DNA of 43,775 nt from Trichosphaerium sp. ATCC 40318. Lineage: Eukaryota > Protista > Tubulinea. The translations under genes were made by a program, and so were the position numbers. Positions 1 to 11,970 of this stretch are shown here, piece by piece; the stretch's first letter is position 1; every line of letters starts with the position of its first letter. The DNA is taken from NCBI GenBank assembly GCA_038496445.1, contig JALMLS010000399.1:1-43775 (forward strand), given 5' to 3'. The notes beneath the pieces are model-generated. The model was not told the DNA's origin and did no database searches. It saw nothing but the letters and a program-made list of their open reading frames with translations.

Positions 1-206
1 GTTATTCTTTTTACAATGCCACGTATTTGAGAACTATAAATGGTACAAATCGTTTCTTTACACGTGATAAAGTATGGTGAGAGCATTTTTGGCGGTTAGA
101 AAAAATGCCTTAAATCTTACACTTCCTTTGACTATTTGTCCATTTATTCAACAGCATCAAAACGTTAATATGTATATTGTTTACATGGCGTTTAATGTAC
201 AAAGAA

Positions 207-1514
207 CTAATTACATTGAGCACCCAATGCAACAACAGCAGCTTTTGTACACTTTGTACCAACAATAAAAACTCTAAAAGCTCCTTCAAGAGCTGATATC
301 CCTTTGTCTGTCACACGAGAGCACCCCATTAATCTTATTGTATGAACACCCGCAAGAGCCCTTATTCCTCTATCTGTTATCTTGGTACACTTAACTAAGG
401 ATATCTCATGTACACCAGCAAGATGAATAACACCTTCATCTGTGATTTCACTACAATCATTCAAGTGAATAGTATGCACTCCTGCAAGTGATTTCAATCC
501 GTTATCAGTTACACCTTTACACCAACTCAAATCTATTTTGTGTACTCCTGATAAACATCCAAGCCATGAGTCTTGTATGGTTAAACGCTTCAAAGAGATG
601 GTGTGAATACCAGCAGAAAAGGCTGATATTGAAGCAAGAGTTATTTCTTGACACCCACTCAAGTCGAGTACACTTGCACCAACAAGAGGTGTTATATCTT
701 CATCTTTTACAGTCAAATCGGATAAGATGATAGCATTTACACCTGATAGTTGTTTTAAATGTTCAACAGACACAAAGTCGCATTCAGAAATGTCAATTGT
801 GTGAAGACACATTTCACCTGTTCTGTTTTTAGGTCTAGTCAAGTGTTCAAAACAAGAACCATCAATGCCTAAGCAACTAAACATAAGTATTGTGTGAGCT
901 CCAGCAAGTGCTTTTACACCATTGTCAGTAAAGTTGCAAGAGCTGATATTTATAGTATGAACACCAGCAAGACATTTTAATCCTTCATCTGTGCAACGAT
1001 AACAACTCGAAATATTTACATTGTAAGCACCTGAAATAGCATCCAATGAATCATCTGTCAAATTACCTATACAGCCTATATCTATGGTATGTACGCCTGA
1101 CAAGAATTGTATACCTTTATCTGTAATACGCTTACATATGTATATATCTATTTCAACAACACCAGCGAGTGCCTGAAGGCACTTATCAGTCACTGCCAAG
1201 CGCCTTATTGATAATTTTTTAACACCCGCCAATGAACTTATTTCCTCGTCTGACGCCTTGTATTTCGTTACTGACACAAGAGTATTGTCCAACAGCGATT
1301 TTTTCTTGATTAAACGCTTTAAGGACTCCGACGACCTTATATCTATTAAACCGTAACCAACGTGTCTGTGGATAATGTCATAGAACAGCCAACAAGTCTG
1401 AGCGACTGGATAGCGTGTTTTATTCGGAGTGTACTCAAAAATGCTAACAATAAGCTCTGTTGCTATTGTTTCAAGGAAGCAAGGATTTCTGCCATTATAG
1501 TGTACACTAGCCAT
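207..1514 (-). CDS. F-box/leucine-rich repeat protein (cysteine-containing 22-23 aa LRRs), intronless
   Basis: First ATG at 1514 (MASVHY...). F-box-like N-terminus LETIATELIVSIFEY...VAQTCWLFYDII, then many repeats of the form GVHTIxLxxCxxITDxGxxxLA. Confidence 0.85.
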   Translation of the reverse strand: MASVHYNGRNPCFLETIATELIVSIFEYTPNKTRYPVAQTCWLFYDIIHRHVGYGLIDIRSSESLKRLIKKKSLLDNTLVSVTKYKASDEEISSLAGVKKLSIRRLAVTDKCLQALAGVVEIDIYICKRITDKGIQFLSGVHTIDIGCIGNLTDDSLDAISGAYNVNISSCYRCTDEGLKCLAGVHTINISSCNFTDNGVKALAGAHTILMFSCLGIDGSCFEHLTRPKNRTGEMCLHTIDISECDFVSVEHLKQLSGVNAIILSDLTVKDEDITPLVGASVLDLSGCQEITLASISAFSAGIHTISLKRLTIQDSWLGCLSGVHKIDLSWCKGVTDNGLKSLAGVHTIHLNDCSEITDEGVIHLAGVHEISLVKCTKITDRGIRALAGVHTIRLMGCSRVTDKGISALEGAFRVFIVGTKCTKAAVVALGAQCN

Positions 1515-1842
1515 TACCGCAGAGTAATAATCGGAAAAGTGATTTGTAGGTTGCCTTAGTGAACTAGTTAAGGACAGGAAACAAGTGCATTTAAACCTAG
1601 AGTGGGCGCTCAACTGCAATCTGCTGTCTCATTCAAATACAATTGGCTACACCCGCGAATCAGATGCCAAAAACTACAAGACTGTACAAATGTTACCAAT
1701 CCACATGCTTAATCAACAAGTGCACGTGACTTTTCAAAAATAAGAAAAAAATACAGTTTGTTGTTGTTGGTAATTAATATTTGATCTCACTAACTACTCC
1801 TGGTTTACTATTTTGTTTACAACAAAAATACTGTACGACTTT

Positions 1843-2727
1843 TCACAACACATAGCAAGTACTTCTCAATGAGTTCACACATTGGACTGTAACAGCAGTA
1901 TCATCAAGTGATATTACTGCAACACCTATGAGTGATTTGACACCTTCATCCGTTATGCCTTTACAGTTGGTAAGAAGAATGGTATGAACACCAGAAAGAG
2001 CTTTGAGACCTTCATCTGTAACTGACGTTCCAGAAAGACCAATAGTGTGAACGCCAGCAAGTGCTTTGACACCTTCATCTGTTATTGAAGTGCTACTAAG
2101 ATTAATAGTATGAACCAGCAAGTGTGGATACGTTAGTTACTTGAGTACCAGCGAGGTTTATGCTACAAACTCCAGCAAGATATTTGACACATTCATTTGT
2201 TACTGATGTGCCAGAAAGATCAATGGTATGAACACCAGATAGTGCTTTGACTGGATATGAAAGAGTTACCATCAATACTACTGAACAAGCAACTATTAAA
2301 ACATCAGGCCACTCTACGACATACCATAGTCAAACTTACAGCTTTTGAAGATTATGATGCTGTTGTCTAACAGTTTTCTGGTGTTCATGCCATTGATCTT
2401 ATTGACACTCCCGTAACAGATGAATGTATTAAATCTCTTGCTGGAGTTCAAAAGATTAGACTTGAAAAGTGCATGAACATAACTGACAAAGGTATACAAG
2501 CTCTCTGTGGCGTTCATACAATCAGTCTTTGTGGCACTTTAATAACAGATATATCCAACAACGTCATGAATGATAGAAGCAAGAAGAAAGCACGTTTGTG
2601 CAGCTGCGAACCGTGCTTTTGTGACGTTTCGTAAAATAATATGCGCTAAAATCTCGACAGGAAGGTCTAAAAGGCTCGCTGGTGAGGAGGGATGTATTGG
2701 AGCTAATTCTACAAGTTCTTTTGACAT
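1843..2727 (-). pseudogene. F-box/LRR paralogue broken by an internal inversion and frameshifts
   Basis: ATG 2727, F-box LLDLPVEILAHII...AAQTCFLLASII on the minus strand. The segment ~2259-2550 reads as LRRs on the plus strand (FSGVHAIDLIDTPVTDECIKSLAGVQKI...). LRRs resume on the minus strand from ~2250 to 1843. Confidence 0.8.
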
Positions 2728-3147
2728 TGTGTTGTTATCCCAATCAGCGCCACTCAATGCTATTAAGGTAGAAGCTTTAAGGAGGTATGATGTTTTGATA
2801 TTGCAGCCTGTACTTAACATATTGAAATATCCAGACAATGTCGTATGTAGGATTGAAATACTGCTATTTATTGTATTGCAGCGCTGAGACTTCTTTTTAA
2901 AAGGCCACTCCGATTTGTAGCACGTGACTTGGTCAAATCCGTAGAAATATTCTGTTATTAGTAAGCACATTTATTGTATAAGTCAACCTAAGGTACGAGG
3001 ATATCACATACTCCATGGCATACATAATGAAAAAATGGATTTATGTTACTACACTACTATCATGGCTTTGAGTGGATAAAGAATTTGACCTTGATGAAAA
3101 GATTTAATGGACAAAATAATAAAGCTAGCTATCTGAAAAAGGATTGT

Positions 3148-4491
3148 TTAAAACAATCTTGGCCAAAAGTCTATGCAAGTCCTACTAGTTTTGCATCCTA
3201 GGTGTTTAACCATTCTTTGTGTTATTTGTGTACCAGGACAATAAATATAAGTAAGGCATGTTAAATTAATGACACCGTTATCTGTGATTTGGTTGCAGTC
3301 TTTTAGATCAATTTTTCTAACACCAATAAGACTGTTAACTCCTTTGTCAGATATCAATTTACAACCACAAAGGCTTATGCATTTAACACCAACCAAGTAT
3401 TGTAAACCTTTATCTGTCACAAGTGTATCATCAAGAAATATTGTATGCACCCCAGCAAGTGCTTTTAAAGTACTATCGTCAACACAATCTATATCTGAAA
3501 TATCAATTACTTTTACTCCTGCCAATTGTTTTATCACATCATTTATAACTGACTTACAACCAGCAAAGTCAATATGCTGTACACCTGCAAAACATGACAG
3601 AGTATCACTTTGTAGTTGTATACAATTGTAAAGCTCTATCCAAGGTATACCAGCCAAAAGGTTAAACGTGTTGTTTGATATTTGAGTGCAGTGGCTGAGA
3701 CTAATTTTTTTGATGTTCTTTGTGATTTGATTTTGTGTTAACAAATACTTTACTCCTTCATCAGTAATGCCTGTACAGCTATCAAATGATATTTCACATG
3801 CTGTTGTTGTTAGCGCTTTTATACTATCATCTGTAATATCACATCCACCAACATGAATCTTGTAAACGCCATCTGAAATGGCAATAACACCTTTGTCTCT
3901 TATATTGTTACAGCAATGTAAATTAATAGAGTGTACTCCAGAGAGTGCTGCAAGTCCACTGTCCGTTATACCAGTCCCTGAAAGGTTGATTGTATGAATA
4001 CCAGCTAGTTGTTGAAGCCACTCATCAGAACAATATGCCCATGATAAGTCTAGTGTGTGAATGCCATGAAGTGATTTAATTCCCAAACTTGTCACCTTTC
4101 TACTATATTCCAGTATAGATAGTTTCAAATGATGTACACCTGAAATATGGCCTAACATAACATCTGTTACTGGCATTCGAGAACCTATTTCAAGGTGATA
4201 GACACCAGAGATACTTTTAAAGTCATCAGCAATTGTATTAATACCATCTATAACTATTTTTGTATTTTTTAAAAGAGGGCTTTTGTTCAGTTTGAGCAGA
4301 TCCTCTCTTGACTTCAAGTTCACCGTGAAAAACCCTAAATGTTCCAAAATGATTGTAGAAAACAGTTTACATACAAATGTCGCAGATATACGGCATTTCT
4401 TGCCCAATAGCACCAGAATACAAAATATAAGTTCTGTAGGCAGCCAAAGCAATTCAAATGGCCTATGAATGTGTCTTAGACGATATTTCAT
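3148..4491 (-). CDS. F-box/LRR protein, intronless, 447 aa
   Basis: F-box LLWLPTELIFCIL...ATFVCKLFSTII followed by GVHxIxLxxCxxITD LRRs; paralogue of 207-1514. Confidence 0.87.
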   Translation of the reverse strand: MKYRLRHIHRPFELLWLPTELIFCILVLLGKKCRISATFVCKLFSTIILEHLGFFTVNLKSREDLLKLNKSPLLKNTKIVIDGINTIADDFKSISGVYHLEIGSRMPVTDVMLGHISGVHHLKLSILEYSRKVTSLGIKSLHGIHTLDLSWAYCSDEWLQQLAGIHTINLSGTGITDSGLAALSGVHSINLHCCNNIRDKGVIAISDGVYKIHVGGCDITDDSIKALTTTACEISFDSCTGITDEGVKYLLTQNQITKNIKKISLSHCTQISNNTFNLLAGIPWIELYNCIQLQSDTLSCFAGVQHIDFAGCKSVINDVIKQLAGVKVIDISDIDCVDDSTLKALAGVHTIFLDDTLVTDKGLQYLVGVKCISLCGCKLISDKGVNSLIGVRKIDLKDCNQITDNGVINLTCLTYIYCPGTQITQRMVKHLGCKTSRTCIDFWPRLF

Positions 4492-4729
4492 TTTTAGGGT
4501 AACAAGTGAGATTCTGTCCTATTATTCTTCAAAAACGTACGTAGCAAGATCTGCAGAAGTACGAAGCATGTTCACTACGGGTTGAGTTCGTATTTTTTGT
4601 CAATTAAAAAGTAGACTTATTCCCAAAAAATTATCACGTGGCTACCTCTGATTGCGCTAAGCCAGTAAACAAAACTATGAACTCAATTTCCACGTGACTA
4701 ACGATTGCGTCAAACTACTGTTGGTTGTT

Positions 4730-5475
4730 ATGTCTGAAGTGGACGTATTCGGTTATGTACCGCCAGAGATACTCCAAGAAATATTAAAAGAAGTGGCGTT
4801 AACAAGCTTGGAAACCCTTAGCGATTGTTTTGTTGTATCTCATGCTTTTCGGTCTATAATTCTCTCAAAACGCATTATAGTACAAGCACTAACGCATTAC
4901 ATACAGTTATGGGAAATTGAGGAGGAACCAGATATTACAAATCGTTATGGACAACTCGAAGACAACTTTCAACATAATTTGATACGTACATCATCTCAAA
5001 AGCATAAGAAGTTTACAGTTTTGATGCCCTCTGAAACATGGCTTCTTCTAGACCCCAAAACATGCTCTAATGATGTTAATGATTGCCAACAGAGGCTTTT
5101 CACATTGTTGTCCTTGAAGGAGTTTCTGCTATTCGAACATACAATACATTTTAATGGATTCTTTGAAGTTACTGGCTTTTTACATACCCACAACCATAAA
5201 AAGTAGGAAAAAACAAAGATGAGTGTCCTCCATCCGGAGAGGACTTTTTGAAGCTTATTGGTATGAAAGAAGTAGAAAAACATTCAACACCACCAATCGC
5301 AGATGTAAAGAACTTAGATTCATTTGGATTTGGATGTAACTTTGATGATATCAGTATAAAGGATACTCACTACGTTGCTACTGTTATTAACTATAATACT
5401 ATTATCTTGGTTTTTGTTGGTTATAACAGGTTTGGTTATTTAGCAGGTGCTTCAGTCTTCAGATATGATCTTTAA
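4730..5475 (+). CDS. F-box-containing protein with apparent frameshift(s) near 5200-5250
   Basis: MSEVDVFGYVPPEILQEILKEV...CFVVSHAFRSII is F-box-like. ORFs 4694-5206 and 5248-5475 are probably one gene, broken at A/T runs. Confidence 0.55.
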
Positions 5476-6588
5476 GCGATCAACTCCGAAAATAAAACGT
5501 TTACGCTCACCAAAAATACATTTGCATAATCACTATCCTTGTTGGCGATAACATTCAGGATACAACAATCTACAGCAAGCAGGTATTTTTGCAAAACGTG
5601 ATAATAAAACTGCTTTATTGAGAATGAACTACAATAGGCCCCAGATAAGTTCCAATTGACCACTTGTGCTTTATGTCTTTTTTGCAATATCTTCTGTATA
5701 ATAAAGTGATATAATGCAATTAATACGTTGAGCCATGATTTTAGCTTTGGGTCTAATAACCTTGAAAGTACTAGTTATCTTCTCTCTTGTTTCCTCCACG
5801 ACCCATTCCTATACCTCGCAGAATGACTTTGTATGTGTTACTCCCGACCATACTCATTAATACATTTTTCTATAACTTCTCCCAATAACTCTCTCTACGT
5901 ATGTGTTTAACCATTCCTCATCTTTCATTAGCGAATCTATATTTCACCTGCTTGGAGTTTACAGTACATGGCTTGTGTGCCGAAAAGCGTTCTAAAAATA
6001 AACAAAGTAATTATTTTTAAACGTTTTTTCTGAAATCAGATTAATGGGTAAAAATTAATCTTACGCATTTCCCTTCATCTGGGTACCTACAAACTTATGC
6101 AAAACTGTGTGTACTTAACATCTATGACTAAGTTGACCTATAATTAGCACTAATAAAACACAAATCCAGCACCATTACAAGGTACACATAATATGAAGTT
6201 TGTTTAATCCTTACCGTGTGTTTAGATATTCTAGCACTGTCAAATGAGTTCAAAACCCATTACCGGCTCCCTCAAAAGCAATAAAGAGAGCACCAATGAG
6301 TACGTTAACCTTGTTAGTGTGATCTAAACGTTAAATACGCTGAGATTACCACATTTACATTAATTGCATTACAAAATGAGTGAATAAAGTTTATTTCGGT
6401 TTTTGAGCACGTGTAAAACCGCAAACACGTTTTTTTTCGAAAAATTACGGAGTTGACCAGTAGAGTGATAAAAAATGTCACACTACAATCGCAGTGTTGC
6501 ACTGTGAGCATGTAGCTCCTTTTAATAAGTAAAATATGGATTCAAATTCTCACCACTTTATTTAAGTCGTTCAGAGACAGAAAAAGTC

Positions 6589-7500
6589 ATGCCTTCTGGT
6601 TCAAACCAAGAGAGTTGCGATGAGCAAACTAGCATACCAACAGAGAGCAGTCCTGATAAAAATCAAGTGTCCAAAACCTGCAACGTTCCCAGCAGAATCA
6701 CAATTTTATCGAGTGAAGATTGTGTGAATTATTCAGGAAGTCCTCTTCTTCGCCAGTCAGAAATATCATTGGAGGAATTTCCAGATGCAACAGATGAAGA
6801 TCTCGCTCTTCTCTCGGGTGTTAAACACTTGACACTGTGCAAAAATAACAAAATAACAAGCACAGGACTCAGCTCAGTGTGTGGAGTAGAAATTCTTAAT
6901 TTGTGGTATTGTCCGGAAGTTACTGATTCAGGCATATTCGCAATAGTAAAGCACCTCAAATTAATTAGCATGGTGGGTACAAGCGTTACAGACAAGGGCG
7001 TGAAAGCGTTTAAGGGAATAGCAACAGTTGGTCTACCACACTCCAAGTTAAGCGGAGATACTTTCTCAGCCTTGTCTGGTGTTTCTTATCTTGATCTATA
7101 TTCTGCTCACCTCAATAACAATGGCGGAATCTCAGCACTGACTGGAATACATACCGTTGATTTAACCAGAGCAACATTTACAGATGAATGTGTCGCAGCG
7201 CTAGCTGGAGTACATACCATTAACTTACAAGATACGATGGTTACAGACAAAGGTGTAGCGGCTTTAAAGGGCGTACACACTATCAGTCTCAAATTTTGTA
7301 AACGTATCAATGGATCTTGTATGAAAAGTCTTGCGAATGCTCACACTATTAACATTTCACGAACAAATGCAAGAGATGATTGGATCCTTCCACTTACCGG
7401 TGTACACTTGTTAATAATGAACTATTGTCTAGACGTGTCTTTTGAAGCTATGCAAACAGTTAGAAACTATGGAGGAGAAATAGAATGTTGCTATGGATAG
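6589..7500 (+). CDS. LRR protein of the same family, without a clear F-box
   Basis: 303 aa ORF with GVHTINLQDTMVTDKGVAALKGVHTISL repeats; retains the SPLLR linker seen after the F-box in paralogues. Confidence 0.82.
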   Translation: MPSGSNQESCDEQTSIPTESSPDKNQVSKTCNVPSRITILSSEDCVNYSGSPLLRQSEISLEEFPDATDEDLALLSGVKHLTLCKNNKITSTGLSSVCGVEILNLWYCPEVTDSGIFAIVKHLKLISMVGTSVTDKGVKAFKGIATVGLPHSKLSGDTFSALSGVSYLDLYSAHLNNNGGISALTGIHTVDLTRATFTDECVAALAGVHTINLQDTMVTDKGVAALKGVHTISLKFCKRINGSCMKSLANAHTINISRTNARDDWILPLTGVHLLIMNYCLDVSFEAMQTVRNYGGEIECCYG

Positions 7501-7650
7501 GCTGAGTTGTAACATCTCCACTTTTAGAAAAAAATTTGCAGAAAGTAATTACAGTCCAAGTCTAACCTACCAACTATTTCGACAAGAAACTAATAAACAA
7601 TCACTTTCAAATAGTAACCTTTAGTAAACGAAAGGACTCTTTTTTTTTTG

Positions 7651-8025
7651 TTAAAGGTGTATTGTACAAGTGAATACATACCCATTTATTTCATGTGGGC
7701 GAGATAAACAAGTGAACACGTGTTTGGCCTTAATCGGTACAAACCAAAGAAACCAATCCAGACGTGCTAACCCCCTTTGTAAGAAAGATGATGGGTAATA
7801 GGTTGTCATCCCATCCTTGCTTTTTAGGCCTAGCTTGCTGCAATAGCTTTGTTGAGCCTTTACTCCACTTTTTTTGTGAATTTTAGTGCAAATCCAATGT
7901 TTTTGTTTATTGTCTAGACTTACGTTAGTTGCTGCACGTGTTGAAGTTGCGTTCTTCCGCTTTCGCAATTTTTCTTTTGTTTTTGCCAAGATGCTCTCGT
8001 AGGAGGCCTCTAATGTGAGATTCAT
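7651..8025 (-). CDS. Hypothetical basic protein, 124 aa
   Basis: ATG-initiated ORF divergent from the F-box gene at 8104; no recognised domain. Confidence 0.3.
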   Translation of the reverse strand: MNLTLEASYESILAKTKEKLRKRKNATSTRAATNVSLDNKQKHWICTKIHKKSGVKAQQSYCSKLGLKSKDGMTTYYPSSFLQRGLARLDWFLWFVPIKAKHVFTCLSRPHEINGYVFTCTIHL

Positions 8026-8103
8026 TTCCGATAGTTTTTGAGTCGTTTTGATGAAGTTTTACTAGCCTAAACGAACTTAAATAAGTAAGCCCAACAAAGC
8101 AAA

Positions 8104-8986
8104 ATGTCAGTCAAACGTCCAACCTCAGGCGTAGCTATTTCATCACAATCCTTGTTGTCAATACCTGTTGAGATTCTTTTGATTATTATCGTGAGAAATG
8201 GCATTTCATGGCAAGATTTGGCTTCGTTACAACAATCAAACCATTTTCTGGACGATATGATACGAAACAACTCAGATTATATTTATCGAGGCTTGTACCA
8301 TCGGAAATGGGGTAAGGGCGCTGAAGAAATAGAGTCTGCTATCCACGTGATTATTCAGAAAAATTTAATGAAGTATAAACCCATAGCACCACCTACTGCA
8401 TACAAATTAGAACCAATCACGTGGAAAGAAAAGTACAAAAACAAACTTGTTCCAAACATCATTGCTGAGTTGACTTGTGATAAAACACGTGTACATAACG
8501 GTGATACTATATTATTCACACTCAAACTAGAAAATGTTGGTAACAAATCAGAGACCATACAATCCAGAGGTATTGAAGGAGGTCATGGTTTATATGTATG
8601 GAATTTCTAGAGTATCAGTTTCTTCTTCATATTTAGGTAATTATAGAACCATTAACTTTAGTGTTCCAAGCCTACATTACTTAGATATTATACTCAATCC
8701 AGGAGATGTACAAACATACACAGAACCTTTTCGTTTTGGTATATCACATCCATGCACAAACATTTTCTTCTCTAAGTCACAAGATGATAAACCTTCGGAA
8801 ATGTTATCTCTTCATAGTAAAAGCTTAGAAGTACGTGTTGCTGATTCTTCAACACCACATGTATTTCAGCTTCAAGCGTTTTTTAAACTTAACATTGTAA
8901 AGAAAAAACGTGAGGAGATGTCAGGCCATTGTTCTTATCTTAGTAGTAGTATTGTAAATCTTACCATGTACAAGCAAAAACAATAA
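8104..8986 (+). CDS. F-box protein with a beta-rich C-terminal region; frameshift near 8605
   Basis: LLSIPVEILLIII...WQDLASLQQSNHFLDDMI is F-box-like. ORFs 8104-8610 and 8534-8986 overlap and look like one gene. Confidence 0.6.
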
Positions 8987-9345
8987 ACTAGATGCCCAAC
9001 CAACTTGAAAATGTTTTTTGATGACTGATTTATTTGTTTAACTTGTCATAGCTATAATAGCAACGTTTTTCATACTTTCCATTCTCTTGCCACTCTTTGT
9101 ACTCACCATGCAAAGCACCTTCAATATAAAAACAATGTATCTTAACTTGGCCATGCCAATACCATTTCTTATACTCCTTATTCAGCTTACCATTGACATA
9201 AAAACAACGTAGACGTAATCTACCTGTTTTTTTCCATTCTTTGTACTTTCCATTTAAGCGACCATTTGCATAAGAGCACTGTACTAGTAAGACACCGTTG
9301 TCATACCACTCTTTGTATTTTCCATTCAACTCACCTTGACAGAAC

Positions 9346-10482
9346 CAGTAGTAAATTAAAAACGGGATTTTCCTCTGGAATCCTGTTAAATTCCGTGTTT
9401 TTTAAGGATTTTAACGGAATTGTGGAAAAAATCCCTAAGCAATCTGAATTTTCAATAGGATTTTTGATGGGATTTCTGCTATATTCCATTAAAATAAGGA
9501 ATTTCTTGGGATTTGTAAAAAAATCCCAAACAACAATATTGGCAAATGTTGGCAGCATATCAACGGGAATACTTGAAGGGATTTTTAACAGAATTCCGTA
9601 TGGATTTTGTAGGGAATTCCCTTGGGATTTTTAATGGAATTCCATAGGGATTTTTAACGAAATTCCGTATGGATTTTGTGAGAATTCCTTTGAAAAATAT
9701 TTTTGGTGAAAATTCAAAATTATTCATTATTTCGACAACTATCAAAGCCTTGCCTAACCAAGTTTTTTTTTAGTAAACCACATCGTCACTCTTTTATTGG
9801 TGTAAAAAACCAATGGATACAACGAAAAGACGTTAAATCAAAAAGTAAGCGAGATAAGTATTTTGGTGATTTTCGTTAGCAGCAACATTTCTATATCGCT
9901 TACTAATCCATTTTGAGGCTTGTAAAGCATTTCAAAGGCCTTTACACACCACTAGAACACGCATTTAGGGCATTAATCTCAAGTACGTTGTTTTTAAAGG
10001 TTATTTCCATTTAATTTATCAAAAAACTACTCTTTTCTTATTTTAGCTTCTACGAATGCGTTATTAGCAGTTTATGATCACGATACCAGGTGCGATAAAT
10101 TCTTGGCCAAAGATTGAAAAGATTTGATGAGTTTGGCTTGTATGCGATAGCGTGTGGAACATTTGCGTTTCGTAACTAAATTATCATTGGTAAATAAAAC
10201 GAATTTTGTGCTACAAAACTTGATGTAAATATTGTAAAGTATTTTGAGGTAATTTGTTTGGAATTTCATAAGAAATCCATTGGGAATTCCGTTGTTAATC
10301 CTTAAGGAATTCCGTCCGGATTCTTTAAGGAATTCCATCCGGATTCCATAGGGAATTCCATTCGGATTCCATAGGGAATTCCGTCCGGATTCCATAGGAA
10401 TAAAGGAAGAGATTTTCCGCTTATAAATCCTTAGGATTTTAAGACGGAATCCCTTAAAAACCCCGATTTAAATTTACCACTG
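9346..10482. mobile_element. Non-autonomous TIR DNA transposon A (~1.14 kb), 2-bp TSD AC
   Basis: Imperfect TIRs CAGTAGTAAATTAAAAACGGGATTTT versus reverse complement CAGTGGTAAATTTAAATCGGGGTTTT. AC flanks both sides. Dense GGAATTCC/GGATTT subterminal repeats; interrupts the MORN ORF. Confidence 0.85.
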
Positions 10483-10958
10483 ACGGCATTGCTTGTATAG
10501 GCTATCACCATCTTCATAGAACTCCTTGTACTGTCCATCAAGTTTACTGCAATCATAAGAGCAATGTACCTTCAATTTATCAACCCAATGCCATTCTTTG
10601 TACTCTTTATCCAATAGGCCATCAGAATAAAACGCATGTTTGCGTATTTGCCCATCACATGCCCACTCCCTGTACCATCCGTCCAACACGCCAGTTTTAG
10701 AATAAAAGCAATGTTTGTGTAGTACGTTATTATAGTGCCACTCCCTGTACTCATCTCTCAAGAAACCTTTGTTGTAAAAGCAGTGAAGTACTAACTCACT
10801 GTCACGCCACTTTTTGTACTCTCCGTCTATTTCACCTTGCGAATAAAAGCAACGTTGGAGCAAGGTATCTGTACCGCCCATCCACTTCTTATACTCACCA
10901 TCTTTTTTGCCGTTTGAGTATATGCATTGTTCAAGTGGTAAACCAGATTCAAGCCATT

Positions 10959-11970
10959 CAGGGCTGAAACTCAGCTAGGCATTGCCTTAAAAAATGATGC
11001 ATATTCCTAACATTTGGCATTAGGTGGCAAAATCAAGGCATTTGCATTTGGCAATGCCCAATAAAATAAGGCATTTTTACAAAAAGGCAATGCCTTCATC
11101 AAAAAGGCATTAAAACCAGGCATTTTTGGGCATCTTTTGGCATTGCATAAAATCAGGTAATGCCTTGTATTGCATTTTTTGGCATTGCATAAAATCAAGT
11201 AATGCCCTATATTGCAAGTACTTTATGCCTTTATTATGCCTTATTTTTTAAGCATTATATGCCTTGTATTTTAATTCATATATAAGGCATTGCCTATACT
11301 ATATCATAGGACTGATCACATTAAGGAAGTGGTTTAAGGTAAGTAACAGTCAAACAACTTTTACACTTTTTTTTTCACATCACCTACTGACGTTTTATAT
11401 AGATAGGCACCTAGCGCTCTTAGTAATTCATGAAATTAGACGAAACCACCGCCAAACGAACCGCAGCACCCTATTTCACCTACAACAGCAGTAGGAGTGA
11501 ACTCCGCGATATTTCCAGGACCGCGGAATTCTAACACTACAAGGTAAGTTTTTTTTTTTTTTTTTCTACACCATCTCATATTTTCTTTAAGGTTTTTTCA
11601 AATGTGGACTTAGGAGTTTTGTGTATTGTATGTGTACTGTATTATAAAATAAATAGTTGTGTTATTACCTGAAAATGCCCTGGTTTATTAGGCACTGTAG
11701 ACTATGACAATGCTTTCTTTTTGCCTTCAAAATAAGGCATTGATGCATGAGTTATGCCCTAATTTGAAGGCATAATTCCTTAAAATATGCAAGCAAAACC
11801 ATTGCAATCTTGTGTACCAGATGCAAGCATTTTTCATCAAAAATAAGGCATTGCCCTGTATTTGCCTTTTTGAATGAGGCAAAAACTAGGCATTTTTGTA
11901 AAAAATAAGGCATTATTTGATGAAAATGCCTAGGCATTGTCCAAAAATGCCTTGTTGAGTTTCAGCCCTG
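10959..11970. mobile_element. Non-autonomous TIR DNA transposon B (1012 bp), 2-bp TSD TT
   Basis: Perfect 15-bp TIR CAGGGCTGAAACTCA...TGAGTTTCAGCCCTG, TT on both flanks, many AGGCATT/AATGCC subterminal repeats. Excision restores the MORN reading frame exactly. Confidence 0.9.

Larger units (their letters stand above)
1723..4698 (-). promoter_or_regulatory. AGTCACGTG E-box ~200 bp upstream of three F-box/LRR genes (sites at 1723, 2921, 4691)
   Basis: CACGTGACT lies 209, 194 and 200 bp from the ATGs at 1514, 2727 and 4491, in the same orientation. Confidence 0.55.

Noticed and set aside
5472-6400. Possible multi-exon minus-strand gene ending at 5472
   Set aside because: Some splice-like signals and an ORF tail exist, but I could not build a stop-free model or recognise a domain.
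9346-11970. Ciliate-type IES or hAT classification of the insertions
   Set aside because: They are not TA-bounded, no 8-bp TSD is present, and the standard genetic code reads through all genes.
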